DNA from: Camelus dromedarius
Taxonomy: Eukaryota
DNA length: 64,000 bases
Assembly (NCBI RefSeq): GCF_036321535.1
Contig: NC_087437.1
Location: forward strand, 87,670,001-87,734,000
Direction of reading: 5' to 3'
Each line of letters begins with the position of its first letter. Position 1 is the stretch's first letter. Of the stretch, positions 27,060 to 41,049 are shown in pieces. The notes under the pieces were generated by a model that was not told the DNA's origin, did not search any database, and saw nothing but the letters and a program-made list of their open reading frames with translations. Position numbers and translations under genes: made by a program.

Positions 27060-29225
27060 AGTTTTTACTTTGAGAGTATACTCTTTATCCAGCTTTCTCT
27101 TATGTTAATATCATACATAATCATAGAACAGTTATCTTAACCATGAAATTAACCTTAAAGCAATACCATTAAGCTACAGAATTTACTTGGAGTTCACCTT
27201 TTCCCTACTAATGTCGTTTTTCCTCTGCTCCAAGATACACTTCAGGATCCCACATTGCATTATACTATCTCTTCAGTCCAAACTTTAGTTCTTCAGTTTT
27301 TCCTTGCCTTTGACAAGGATACTTGTCAGTTATTTTGTAGGACGGCTCTCAAATTGGGCTTGTCTGGTGTTTTCTCACATTTAGATAACATGACATGTCA
27401 TTGGGAAGAAGACCACAAGGGCAATGCGCATCACTTCAAGACACACAATGTCCATGAGTATTGCTGGTCATGTTAACCTTAATCACATGGTTAAAATGGT
27501 GTCTGTTGGTATTCTTCTTTGTAAAGCTATTATCTTCCTCTTAGAAATCACTAAATACTTAGATGGAGATACTTTGAAACTATGCAAATGTCCTGTTTCT
27601 CTTTAACTTTTGTTCCCTAATTTTTAACATCTATCATTGGATTTTGCCTGTAGCAATTATTACTATGGTTGTGATGATTTATTACTTTCCTTATTCTAAC
27701 TACATTTATTAATTGGAATTCGTCTGTCAGGAAGAGTTGTCCCATACTTCCCAGTTGTTTATCCAGTTACTTAAATTGATTCTTTTTTTTTAATTTGAGG
27801 TATAATCCAAGACCATAAATTTTTTTCCCTATTGCTCAAATTGTTGCAATTTTAGCCACTGGAAGCTCTTACATATAGGATCCTGTGCCCCTATCTTCTC
27901 TTTTTTTCTTTTTCTTCTTTAGCACTTTCTTATTTTCTGGAACTACAAAATGCTTGTTTCACTTTGTACTTTCTCTGCCTCAGTTCTGGAGTCCTTCAAG
28001 GTCTTCAAAGAGCCTTGTGTACTTTTACTGGAGAAAGATTATTTAAAAAACAACATTCTGAGTGCTAGGTATGCCGATTGTTACTTGGGTGGATATCACC
28101 ACTTTTATCCTTTTAGTGGACAGAGGTAGAAAATATATGTCTGTACTCATGTCCACCTACACCCACAGAGGCACACATCTGTAATTATCTCCATCTCTAT
28201 CTGTATATACAATTTTTTACAAAGAGTCCGTATTAATAGCTCTTATTCCAATCCAGCAACAGTTTATTCTAGCCTTCTCCCTTTCCTGTTTATAACTTCC
28301 TTCTCAGACCATGAAAAACCTGGCTCTCATTATCTACTTGTTGGTTTAATCTTGGTATACAGTTAAAGCCATTTCAGAATCTCCAAGACACACCCCGTAA
28401 GAAATAAATTTACCAGAATGCAGTATTTGTGTGCAGCGTCCAGTAGACTTGAGAGTATCCATTCAAAACAATTCCAAAGTTACTTAAGCCAGCTCCTTTG
28501 TTCCCCATCCTCCTCAGTATGATTATGTGATTCATTTGTAATACAGTTAGATTCATGTCATAATCAGTGTATTCCATGCCATGGTGCTTTGTTTGTTTCT
28601 TTTGAAATTTATTCAGCACAATGCACTCTTTATGATGTAAAGTTCTATAGAGTTTTGACAAAAGCATAGAATGAACTATCCAAGCCACAGTTTCATGCAG
28701 AACAGTTCCAACATCCCTACAATTCTTCCTCTTTGTAGAAACCACAGCCCTATCTCTCAGCCCCTGAAAACCCTTGGTCTATTTTCCATCTCCATAGTTT
28801 TGCTTTTTCCAGTGTGTCAGCGAACTGAAATCATAAAATAGTAGCCTGTAGGGACTGGAAAATGCATGTAAGACATTTCTGTATTGTTGTATGAATCAAT
28901 AAGTCATTCTTTTATATTCTGAGTAGTATTTCACAATATAGATGGACTATAGTTTGCTTACCCATACATTGATTAAATGGCATCTGGGCTCTTCTCAATT
29001 GGAGGAAGTAAATCAAGGGACTGTAACTATTCATATATGAACTTCTATGTAAACCTACCTTTTTATTTCTCTTATGCAGACACCTAAGGGTGGGATGGCT
29101 GGATATGTGATAAATGTAGGTTTAAATATATAAGAAACTGCCAAGTTCTTTTCCAAAACTAGATTGTTAACTTCCCTCCAGCACTGTATGGATGGTCCGG
29201 GTGCTTCACATCCTAACCAGCAATT
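27060..29225 (-). mobile_element. L1MC/MD-like 3' region
   Basis: 'caggatcccacattgcat','gtcagttattttgtagga','agttctatagagttttgacaaa','tattctgagtagtatttca','aagaaactgccaag'. Confidence 0.75.
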
Positions 29226-29559
29226 CTTTTTAAATCTAAACATAAAATTCAGTTGACTGTCTTATTCTCAAAACTATTTTATGCTGACCCATATCTAGGA
29301 GATATTTTTTCAAGCTGTTTTTAAAAATTCCCAAATGACCTGGAAATAATTTTGTGACTTTACATTTGAGTTTGAAATTTTTGAATAGATGTCCCTTAGA
29401 GTTTCCTGAGGGCTTTTACTTGATCTGATGCCGAGACAGTTAAGGGGAAGGAAATGCTTAGTATCAATCATCTTGAATATTTTGAAACAGTCCACAGAGC
29501 AATAGGAAAATTTACACAATTACAAAAAGAGTATTAGAAATAATCTTCAAAAGAATCTA

Positions 29560-31560
29560 TACTTCATGATTTAAGTGTAAAATTATAAAGTTGCCATTCT
29601 CCACAAAGTAATCTGGAAGAATAGAGTAGCCTTTTGTCGAAATGGAGAAGACTTCAGAAGGAACAAGTCTAGGATTGAGGCAGTGATGTAAAATCAGATA
29701 TCAAAAGTTTGTTTTGTAATCTGTTAACTTTGAAATGACTATTACCATTGCAGATAATTAGTAGGCAGTTTGGAATTGTAATATCTGAACTAAAGGTACA
29801 TATTTGGGAATTATCAGCTAATAGGTAGTATCAAAAGCGACTCTGTAGAAATGAGACTAGGTAGGAGATAGGTCGAAGGACTGAATCTTGGGAAGCTGTA
29901 GTATTCAGACATTAGAATAATGAGGGAGAAAGTAATCAATGAGACTGAGAAGGAAGAAAAACCAGGAGCCTGTGGTACATGAATCCAAGTAAGACTGTGT
30001 TTCAGGGAGAATGGATTAATACATTTATTAATGAGATCTTGCCAAAAATTCAACTAAAATGAAGATTGAGAATTAAGAATTGTATTTAGTAACACAAAGG
30101 GTTATGAGTTTGGTACAGTGTTGATGAAACCCTCATTGGAGTGCATATATGAAAGAACTGAAAAAAAAGATGAACCCCTCATTGGAGTGTGTATATGAAA
30201 GAACTAAAAATAAATTAATTAATCAAAGCAAGCATAACAACTTTTCTGAATGAGTAAATGAATGAGCAAAATAAATAGTAGCTGGAGCTGGAGAAAAATG
30301 AGTCTCCTTTGTTAGGAAAATAAAAAAAACATTCATTTTTGCTTGCTAATAGAAATAAATCAGAAAAGGAGAGAACTGATCGTATGGGGGACAGTTGGTA
30401 GATAACTATCCTTTTGTAGCTAAGAGAAGATGTTATCAAGTGTAGAAAGGGAGAGGCGTTAGGTCATGGCATGGAAAACTCAAACAGAAAGCAGTGCATT
30501 TGTTGAGAGTAAGAATGTTCAAGGAGGTCTTGCAATTTTGAAGAGAGGAAAAGATATGAAGTAGTTGCCTAGGAGAGTGGAAAAGATGATGCTAAGATTT
30601 AAGACAGCATTAAAGGCTCATCTGAGGTTTAAAGTGAAATATGTCAGCATGGGAGTTTTTTCTCTAATCAGAGTCACCTCAGGAATGGACAGCTAAAGTA
30701 AGTAGATAATTGAATTTAACTAGGTTTGAAGGTTTGCCAGAAAATTACAAAATGAGGATATGGCAGGAGATTTGAGGGTATATGTAATAGTTTTAGGATG
30801 ACGGACTCTGAAATTCAAGCTAGTTAGGAAGCCGTCAGTCAAGGAGGCAAAAGACATTGAAATGTTGAAAGATCAGTGGATTGTGATTCCTGGGAGGGTC
30901 AAAATACTGTAGGAGTGAGAGCACCAAAGGAAATGAGGAGGACACTTGAAACTGAGTTTCTAGAGCATTTGATAGTAAAAAGATCAAGATTATAACCATG
31001 GCTTTAAGAGGGAAAGGGTCAGATAAGATGAAGAAATCCAGGAAATGAGAACTCTGAATATTAGAAGGTTTAGAAGACTTTTGACAGGAGTAGTGTGGAA
31101 GGGAAGAAAAGTAAGCCAGGATCCAAATGAAGCTGACACCTGACAGGAGGTTCAGAAAATAATCGCAGGTGGAAAAAAAAGTTAGTTGAGGAAACACCTG
31201 ATGACATGACAGTGAGACCTCAGGGAAGGAGTAAAGGATCAGAGCGGGAAAGTGGTTTGGAAACATCAGTGAGATTAAAGGAGTGAAACTCCCCCTTTTG
31301 AAAAAAGTGGTATAAGCCATTGTCAAAGAAAACACCTGAGGGATGCAGTGTCCTGAGAAGAGACATGGATTTCAACCAGTTGGCTTACTGGAAAGGCAAT
31401 GATCAGAAAAGAGTTGAGCATGCGGTATAGGACATTCTGCTGAAGACCAGCTGTACCATAGGGTTCTGAGGAAGGGGTTTCATGTTTGGGCAGGGGTAAG
31501 AAGGAGAGCTAAAGATAGCAATGCATGAGAGCGCTGGGCAGAAGTGATGATGACCAGAGT
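29560..31560 (-). mobile_element. long degraded L2
   Basis: Antisense L2 motifs ('agttttgttttg','gtaggcagtttgga','gagactgagaagga','aaaatgaagattgagaatt'). Confidence 0.65.
30123..30210 (+). repeat. 46-bp imperfect tandem duplication
   Basis: gatgaaaccctcattggagtgcatatatgaaagaactg.. / gatgaacccctcattggagtgtgtatatgaaagaacta.. Confidence 0.92.
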
Positions 31561-32272
31561 AAGCGATTTTTCTTAGTGACTGACAGAAAGAGCAAATGAG
31601 ATTAATCCTTACAGTATCAAGGCAGGTAATGGTGAAGAGATATACTCATTATATACGTATAGTATGATTCCACTTGTTTTTTAAAAAAACAAATACAACA
31701 CATTTTTGCATTTGAATAAACAAAATATGGAACAATATCTCAAAATCGTCTAAAAATTACTTTGTAAGAGGGAAATGTAATGTTGGATTTCTATAGTATA
31801 TATTTGGTTATTGTCTGAAGTTTTACAAGCATGCACTGTTTGTACAATCAAAATTTGTAAAACTATAATGTGAGCAGGTAACATCAAAGGGTGGGTATAA
31901 TGACACCAGTTATGTTTTTTAAAAGGTGGGGGAATAGAATGATAGCAGTGACCCATTTGAAATAATACACAAAATAATCTCCAGAGTGTAATCACAAGAC
32001 AGATAGTAAACTTTCTAACTTTTGATGTTTTTATGATGATCATATTTAACGAAAAAAAAAAAAAGCAGAGACAAAGAGAGAGATAGAGGGAAAAAATAGT
32101 TCTGCTTACACATCCTGTAAAATTTCTATCAGAGATGAACACACAGTAGACTTTTTTCCTACCAAAACATATTTGTTAACTACCAACCATATGCCAAATA
32201 TATTTCTCTTAGGCCTAGGGAAAATGGTAGTTTTTAAGACACTCAACATCCTGCCTTATTTGTATTCCAGAC

Positions 32273-35200
32273 CACCACTGTCTAATGGAGATATAAGTGA
32301 GCCACACGTAATTTAAAATTTTCTGGTAGCCATACTAAAACAGTAAAAATAAACTGGTAAAATTAACATTAACCTCAAATATCCAAAATATTATTGTTTC
32401 AACATGTAATCAGCTTAAATATTATTAATGAGATTATTTTATAGTTTTGTGCCATTGTCTTGAAACTTAGTATGTCTGTTACACTTATAACACATCTCAA
32501 TTTGGATGCTAAATTTTCATCAGATACGTTTGATCTGCATTAAAAGTTAATAAATGTACAGTTTTTAAAAGTACATTTATATGCAAAAGATGTCCTAAAC
32601 ATATTTCAAAGGTTTCAAATAACTAAATCAATTACCAAAAAATCATTTTGCTTTAAAATTTGTATCCAAATTAAGAAAACTTAAATTTTTTTCATTTTGG
32701 AGCAAAAGCATACTGTTTTCAAAACTATGTCTGTCCACGTCAAATACATTTACTAACTCTTGTGTCAACTCAGTACTAGTGCTCTTCAAAATTTTCTTCT
32801 ACATTTTGAGGACAATTTACACGATGTTGCCAATTACAGTTAAAGTCTGCATACTAGTTCATGTTGGAAGATGTGTAGATATCATCATTGACTTGTATTA
32901 TGAAGAGTTGTCATTTCAACATAAATTCTTGTACCTCTCTTGCTAGATCACAAATAAGCCTTTTCTTTCTTTGGTGCTACAGATTCTGCTTGTTCGTATG
33001 CAGTGTCATACTGATAAAATATGTAAATTACACTGCTTTTTTTGTCTTACATTATTGAACATTTGGCAAGCATCCCTTTTGTTTCAAGAAAATTTTAAAT
33101 TAACAGTACAGTAGCTCTTTATAGAATTCGTCCACAACACAACCAATAAGAACTGGCAAATAACACAAGATCATTAAATTTATTCTCTCTTCTCTCTTTC
33201 AGTGGGTTCCATAAACTGGCAGTGATTCATAGAACTTGCATACATATATTGAATAATTTTAACAACTGTATACATTATATTTTTATGTAATTGCTTCAGA
33301 AAACTGAGCATAGATATTTTTAGTATATATTATAGAGTGGAATGAAACAATAAAAGAAACCTCAGTTTTAGTTCCAACGAATTTAGAATTTCGACCTAAC
33401 ATAGCTAGCTTAAGGACCATACATAAGGAGAGAAATTACTTTTTCAATAATCTAGCTGAAATTCGTCCTTAGCAGATGGGAAAGATTCAAAAATAACTAA
33501 AAGCTACAAGTTCTATTTTTATGCTGCAAAATGACATGTCTTTGTTAATTTCCATGTCCTCTGAGGAAAAACGCTCCCAAAATATTGATTGGACACTGTT
33601 TCATATAATGCATGACTTCTCTAAAACTAAATAAAAGAATTTACCATTTTTCCAGTTTTAAATTAATTTGATTTTCTTTACTTCTAGAAAGGGTTTGTAT
33701 TCTAAGAGACGTTGTTTGGTGGCTTAATTGAAGATATTTCACTTTAACATTATGTCATTTCTAGTCTTTCCTCATGGTTTTGTAACAAAGTTTCCATAAC
33801 TGAAATAATTTTTTCCATTCCTCCATATAAAAATTACTGTATTTATTGTGCAAGAAGCTAAGTCACTTTAGAACCTGCCAAAATTACAAATTCAAATCAT
33901 TTAAAAAACTAAATAAAAATGCTAAAATATTGATTCTGTCACTTTAATTTTGTTACCTTTTCTTTCTAGGAAGATTACTGGAAAACAGCATTTTCCTAGG
34001 TTATTAAATTCTAACTCGAAAATATTTAGAATTAGAAAATTTATTTAATATACCTTGTTTTTCAATGACTGGTATGTTTAATTTAGATCCACCATCCTAT
34101 TTTATGTTTTCTCATTAATCTGCTTTTTAAAATTTACTTTAAAAAAATTCTGCTCATATTGCTGTTAACTGGACAAATCTTCTTAGTCTTATTTTTCTTT
34201 TTCGATTATTTGGAAAGAACCATCCTAAATTCTATCCTTAAAATAGTTGTCAATAAAACTTTAATGTCACACATAGCATCTCAGAGGATACAGCATAATA
34301 TCTTTGCTTGCTTTTTTAAAATTACAAGAATGTTTAAATGTTTTAAAGTTTATTAATTCTATTTTTTGCTTTAGATACTATTAATGGCCAATAGTTTAAA
34401 TCCACCTCACATTTATACCTCCCGAAGTATCATTAGAATGCTTGTTTGTTTTTTATTAGTGTCAATACTGATTTAGGAAAAAAATTCTGTTAAATATAAT
34501 TTTAAAATGTTTTGTTAGATATGAAATTCTGATTTCGGGAAACTAATATTGTTGACACATTGACTGTTGATAGAAAACTTATTTGCTGAAAATGTTTCCT
34601 AATATAGTCCACTATATTATTTTAATTTTTAACACAATGAAAAGACAAGCTTTTTTGTGTTGCTATGATGTGGCAATATTGCTGGTGACATTCATTATAA
34701 ATTTTTGACAAACCTTCTTCCACTTTTTTTCTCTATTTCTTTAGTCATAGTACCACCTTCCACATCTCCATTTCATTCTGCACAGTAGTATGTTTTCATT
34801 CTAAATTTACAGCGCATCCAAAATTATTTGTAAATTTAAAATATTTTAAATTTATTATAACTCTTATATGTATTTCCACTTAGTTACCAAATACAAGTTG
34901 CATAAGTGTTACTGTAGCTTGTGGTGTCCATATAAAATATTCAAATAAACATTAAAATATTGTATCAGCATGTAAAAAAAAATCATGAAAATTGAGTGAA
35001 TCCATTAATGTCAACTAGATTTGTGATGCAGTGATGTGTGATACAGGAAATAAGACACACATCCCAACAAGCACATTAAAATAAAACAATATCTTTTTTA
35101 TTTTTTTAAATTTTTTATTGAAGTATAGTTGATTTATGATGTTGTGTTAGTTTCAGATGTACAGAAAAGTGATTCAGTTATACATGTACATATACATGTA

Positions 35201-35583
35201 TATATTCTTTTTCAGATTCTTTTCCATTATAGGTTATTACAAGGTATTGAATATAGTTACCTGTGCTATACAATTGGTTTTTGTTGTTTATCTGTTTTAG
35301 ATATAGTAGTGTGTATATGTTAATACCAAACTCCTAATTCATCCCTCCCCCCCCAATCCTTTCCCCTTTGGTAACCATAGTTTGTTTTCTATGTTTGTAA
35401 GTCTTTTCTGGTTTGTAAGTAAGTTCACTTGTATCATTCTTTTTTAGATTCCACATATAAGTGATATATGATATTTGTCTTTCTCTGTCTGGCTTATTTT
35501 ACTTAATATGATAATTTCTAAGTAAATCCATGTTACTGCAAATGGTATTTCATTCTTTTTTATAGCTGAGTTATATTCCATTG

Positions 35584-35617
<34 letters not shown>

Positions 35618-36100
35618 TATATAAAACACATCTTCTTTATCCATTCATCTGTTGATGGAAATTTAGGTTGCTTCCATGTGTCAGCTATTGTAAACAGTGC
35701 TACTGTGAACATTGGGGTGCACACATATGCCTTTTAAAATAGACCAATCTTCTGTTGGTTGCATTTTCACTTCATAGTTTATCATTAATGTCTTTCAAAC
35801 CAATACATATAAAACTAGGTTATCATTATTAAGTGTTGTGTAATATTACACTATGTAAGCAGAACATAATTTATTTAAACAATCTCATGACTATGAACAT
35901 CTATGTATTTCCAATTTTTGCTGTTATTAGACTTTAAATGATGCAATAGGTAAAGAAAGTATAGTCTTACCAAAACTATAACGTTGTATTTATTGAAAAA
36001 ACACTTTCTTTCCATTTTTAAATTTAAAATGTGGCACTAACTCCATTGTAAGTGCTCCATAGCCACATATGGCTAATGGCCATCATATTGGAAATCACAG
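32273..36100. mobile_element. Charlie5-type hAT DNA transposon with both termini (MER3/MER33-like ends) and nested L1 fragments
   Basis: Left end 'caccactgtctaatgg...gagccacacgtaatttaaaattttctggtagcca'; right end 'aagtgctccatagccacatatggctaatggccatcatattggaaatcacag'; 8-bp TSD ttccagac (32265-32272) / ttctagac (36101-36108). Confidence 0.8.
35095..35722 (-). mobile_element. younger L1 3' end (cetartiodactyl type) nested in Charlie
   Basis: Poly-T, then 'attgaagtatagttgattta...tttttagattccacatataagtga...tttatccattcatctgttgatgg...gaacattggggtgca'. Confidence 0.93.
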
Positions 36101-37169
36101 TTCTAGACATTTAAAAAAATTTTCCTTGAGCATTGTGTAAACTATAGTATTAGACTAATAAACTTTTCTCTGTGTCTCCATATCTTCTTCAGTACAATCA
36201 GGATCTAATAAGCTTCAAATTTTTTGAGAATATGATGTAGCCCTAGGGGAGATGGCACATTGGAGGCGTTAATCAATAATAAAGTTATTTATCTTTTAAA
36301 ATCTCTAAATAATCTTTTGTAAATCTTTTTTAATAATTTTTCATGCCCAAGATAGTGCCATAAGCCACTCAAAGTTACAGGTTTATAACAAATATATTTA
36401 GGTATTTGGAATGGGATCAATTTTTAAAGTACAAAATGAAATCTCCATGGGAGGGAAGATTTTTTTCCCTCAAAACAATGGGTTTTATACTTGTTATTAT
36501 TATTACTGAAAATAAAGAATAAATAAATAAATCTTTTTCTCTAATGGACATTAAGTTCATTGCAAACTGCTAAAAGAGAAAAAGGTTAATTTAAAGTGTG
36601 GTCATGAATAAGAGTATCAAATACAATATACTTCATATTACAGGCCTCAGTAACTTTTTTCTATTATAATACAGGATGATCTCAACCTTTAAAAAAATCA
36701 TATCCAATTTATTGAATATCTATTACATCTTATACTTTCTGGTTGACTGAGAAGTGTGTGGTTATATCACAACTCATTTTCGTATTCTAAAGTACTGCAA
36801 TTAACACTTCTTCAGTGAAAGATTCTATCACTTCAGTATTACCTTTTCAAGCACTTCTCACTTTGTAGTGTAAGCCTGGCACAAATTCCCAAAGTGATTC
36901 TGACACACCATTTTCCTCACTGTAGGAATTAACACAAGTTTTAGGAAAGTCATTTTCTATAAGCAACAAAAATCGTTCTTGGCACATCCCTCTAAATTGG
37001 TCCTATCTAGAACCAAATATTCATTTAAATATTTATTAGCAAGTCATTTACTGATGGCTAGACACTATACAGTACAAAAGAGTGAAGGAATTATGTTGAA
37101 AAGGTTTAGAGGTGAGGGTATTTCTCTCATGGGTAAAACGGAAAAGTAAATACATAAACTAAAAGAATC

Positions 37170-37503
37170 TAGGGAGTTGGAGAAGGATAAATTAGGAGCT
37201 TGGGATTGGCAGATACAAACTACTATATATAAAACAGGTAAAGAACAAGGTCTTACTGTATAGCACAGAGAACTATATTCAGCATACTGTAATAAACCAT
37301 AATGGAAAAGAATATGAAAAATATGTGTGTTTTATATATATATGGAGATATATGTATAACTGGAGATATATATATATATGTGTGTTATATATATCTATAT
37401 ATAACTGGATATATATATGTAACTGGATCACTTTGCTATACACCAGAAGCTAGCACAATATGGTAAGTCAACTATATTTCAATAAAAAAAAAATTTAAAA
37501 AAA
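37170..37503 (+). mobile_element. L1 3' UTR fragment with internal AT microsatellite
   Basis: 'gcagatacaaactactatatataaaa...tactgtatagcacagagaactatattc...tcactttgctatacaccagaa...caactatatttcaataaaaa'. Confidence 0.92.
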
Positions 37504-38204
37504 GATGCACATGAAAATAAGGGGGCAAAAAGAATCCATGTGTAAATATAATCAAAGAAACCCAGATTAGTTGCATAGGATTGCATATGAAGAAGAGTCA
37601 CTGGGAAGAGGAGAATTAGGATGAGAGGAAAAAGAAGAAAAAGAGGAAAATAGTGCTTTATTGCCATAAAATTCAGTAACTTGAAAATTGATTTTAAAGA
37701 AAAATAGCCAATCCAGCTGGCACAGGAGCAAAACTTAATTGAGAGCACAAATGAGGGAGAGGGAGACAGAAAATCTGACTCACCAGCCTGTTTCAAACTC
37801 CATTCTACTCTCATGAAATGCTCCCCTGTTTTCTTTCCCGAACCTCCAGGCAACTAACTTTCCATCTTTTCCCTTAATGATTCATTTTCTTCATCTATAG
37901 TAAGCTAAAAATAGGTAAAATATTATTTTAAAAGTTAATGAAATAAATTTTAGAGCCATTTATAAGTTTTTTAAAAAGCAAGAAAAAAGATACCTGTTTA
38001 ATCTCCACAGGCTTATCCTTTCAAATTTTCTTTAAAGCTATTGAAGTTAAAACTCAACGCTCAAAACTAAGGCTGAACAACTAGTACCATGTCTCATACT
38101 GTGAATGGAGGGGGAACGTCTATCAAGGATTTTCTTTATGATATATCCTGTCTCTGAAGTAAAGAAACTTCAGAGAAGATTTCTCAAACCACTCTATCGA
38201 GAAC

Positions 38205-38330
38205 AGGAGTCAGCACATTAGGGACCAGGGGCCAATCTCCTCTGCTACATGTTTTTGTAAATAAAGTTTTATTGGAACACAGACAAACACATCTGTTTAC
38301 ATATTGTCTATGGCTGCTTTCATGCTACTC
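38205..38330 (+). mobile_element. MER58A (hAT-Charlie) fragment
   Basis: 'tgtttttgtaaataaagttttattggaacacag...gtttacatattgtctatggctgctttcatgcta'. Confidence 0.88.
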
Positions 38331-39859
38331 TACATGGTGGGGGTGCTAGAGAAAAACGGTTATGTATATGATTAAGATTTTAGATATTATTGGCAAATGA
38401 TTATTCAGACAGGTCATACTACTTTACATCAACTGGTTTGCTGCATCTCTTCCCTTTCCAGCGCCAAATGAGAGCCCAGCCGATCACGGGCACTAGAGCT
38501 CACACAAAGGAACAGACTGTCGGGTCAGATTCAAACTATCAGAGATCTTTCCCAGTCCTAAAGTTTACGTGAAATTTCAAAACAAATGTGTAATCAAGGG
38601 CATAGGCAAAGTAGAGAACCTGGGCATTTCAGAAAGCTCCTGTTTTTTTTCTTCCTACATCCAACGTATGCTCTCTGTTCTAGAATAATAATATGAGACT
38701 TGCAAGAGATATTTTGTGAGGTACCTTCTAGTTATATGTCAGGTATACTTCCTACTTGTAGACAGGTACTTCCTACCACTATCTCTAATAACAATCTTTA
38801 CACACTGAGGTGAATTTAAGTAATGAAATGTTATTATTTTATACCCAGAAAGTTGTAGAGCTTATTTGACATTCTCTAGTGAGTCACGAACTATTAATTC
38901 ATACATTGTTTACCATAAGTAATGATTAATTAGGGATATTTTGCTGAAGGCACTCTATACATTGATACTATTTGTCACAGCAAATGCCATTCATTTACTT
39001 AAAGGAAACTCCATCTGATAAGATTAGGCTGAGTCATCTGACTTCTTTTTCGCCCAGGCTGGGAGGAAGGGTTTGGAGCGGGGTGCTTCCCTCCCCAAGA
39101 GGAATAAATGTGTCATAAATCTCAGGCAAGCTGCTTTAAATCTTTTTTCCCCGTGTGTAAAAGGAATATTTGCGGAGTGGATGATTAAAAGACTTATAGG
39201 ACTTATAGGACTCCATATAAATCCTCTCCAAATTTGTCCCAACCTGAGATCCAAAGGATCTTTCAACTAGAAAAATAAACATGTTCTATAAAGGTATTTG
39301 TCTATAATGTTACATGGTCGGAGCATTTCTGCTATCAAATACACAAATACAGAAAGCTATTGTTGGAAGAAGAAGGAAGATAAAAAGAGGAGGAGGGGAA
39401 AATGGAACTTCTCTCCTTAGGGAAGAGAGAAAACCAAAAACAATGGAACTGGAAATGTGTCTAGCACAGGATCCTAGGGTCTTTAGTTTCTCCAAGACAA
39501 GGCACAGACAGAAAAGAAGAGCTGTGCAAACAATGCCTATAAGAGTAGTGATTTTTATATTTCAATGTTATGTCACATTGAATAACCATGAATCTTGACA
39601 AATATTCCATGTGTAAAAGTGTATAGAGATACTTTTAAAGAGTTCTATAATATTCTGTAAGACATATGAAAGTAAAAAATCAATCTAAAAATCTCAGCAT
39701 CATAGAAAATTATATCTTGGCGATGCTAATTTTTTATAGTAATACAAGAAAACTGAAAAATACAAGGATATAATTAAAGCTCCAGCAAGTGCAGTCAGGA
39801 ACACAAATTATAACACAAAATCACTGATGTGAAAAACAACTTGAGGTGATTTCCAAGAA

Positions 39860-40450
39860 TTCAGAAATCATCCACATATTGGAACCAAGTAGAATCCCTA
39901 GGGAATTTTACATCATCCAGATCAGCTGTCAAGATTTGTGAGAAATAAGAGGACTCTCAGTAAAATACAGGCATTACTGTTCAGGTGAATTGTTCTTCCT
40001 AAGTGAAGGCAAAAGATATTGGCTAGTTTCATTAACTGGAATGCTAAAGAATGCCCTGCATATACTAATTACAGTAAAGAATTTACTTCCAGTGGGAATG
40101 AATGTTAGTGACAAGCAGTTTAGGAAAAAGAGGTTGTCAAGGGACAGTAATGTTTATTGCTTGGAGGTCATGATCAATCTCCACCCTCAACCCTTAGACT
40201 TTTTCCACCAGCAAAACAGGAGTATTACAGAGACCAGTAAAATGTATTATGAGTCCTTGAATCTTGTGATCTTTTATTATGGACTCTAGACTTTGAAGGA
40301 ATTCTTTATGTGTAGGGTGTTGATTAATTCTGGGGAGAGATTTTGAGAGATCTATTTGAATCTTGACAGGGGATGCACTGTGAATTTGGTTAACATCAGT
40401 TGGAGATTTTGCCCGTAAGACAAGTGGTAGCTAATTCAATAGGGACAAAG
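39860..40450 (-). mobile_element. ERV class I (gamma-like) pol relic, RT domain
   Basis: Manual minus-strand translation across frameshifts: AKSPTDVNQIHSASPVKIQIDLSKSLPRINQHP ... GLIIHFTGLCNTPVLLVEK ... HDLQAIN ... IPTGSKFFTVISICRAFFSIPVNETSQYL ... FQYVDD (~39868-39885). Confidence 0.85.
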
Positions 40451-40469
40451 CAAATCTCTAAGGCTAAAC

Positions 40470-40970
40470 ATAAAAACAGAATGGCCATACAACACTTAAA
40501 GACAGAACTCTGACATTCAACCTGAAACAAGCAGCCCAGGAAACCAACACTATCTGTTGTAACCAGCCCAGGAAGCCAGCCTGCTATCTATGACCACTCT
40601 CTTTAGCAAAAATCCAGGAAGTCAAACAATAACCCCTGTAACAAGTGGCCCAAAATGGCCAGGGCATGATTAACAACTGATAGCCTCCCGAATTTTTGTC
40701 TCCATTTCCAACTTAGGACCAATCAGAGAAAGACAAATATGCACCCCTAACCAATCACATATGATGCCCTTCTTCTGGTTAGCCCACCTACATTTTCCCC
40801 ATGCCAACAGCTTCCAATCAGGGCAGACCTGAAGCCTTCCCTTTTTTCCCACTATAAAGCTTTTCCACTGCCTGTGAGTTTCTGCCAAATGCGAGTAATG
40901 GTGGCTGACTCCTTTGCTATAGCAATAGACTTTTCTTGTTCTCATTTGGTTAGTCTTTATTTCTACAACA
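40470..40970 (+). mobile_element. ERV-type LTR (probably ERV1 class; subfamily not assigned)
   Basis: Three CCAAT boxes (ccaatc at ~40719, 40751, 40814), TATA-like 'ctataaa' ~40852, terminal '..caaca'. Confidence 0.75.
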
Positions 40971-41049
40971 CTTTTGAACACAAATGTGTGATTTTAAGTT
41001 AGTTTTAGAAAACTGAATTCGGCCGAGTATGATAATAATACATGGTGAG

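Noticed and set aside
30123..30210. CRISPR-like direct repeats (also 52779-52842)
   Set aside because: Only two adjacent copies, no spacers, no cas genes, mammalian DNA
30835..31335. 166-aa ORF
   Set aside because: Within degraded L2; composition-driven
32500..35000. Domesticated hAT transposase gene
   Set aside because: No long ORF on either strand
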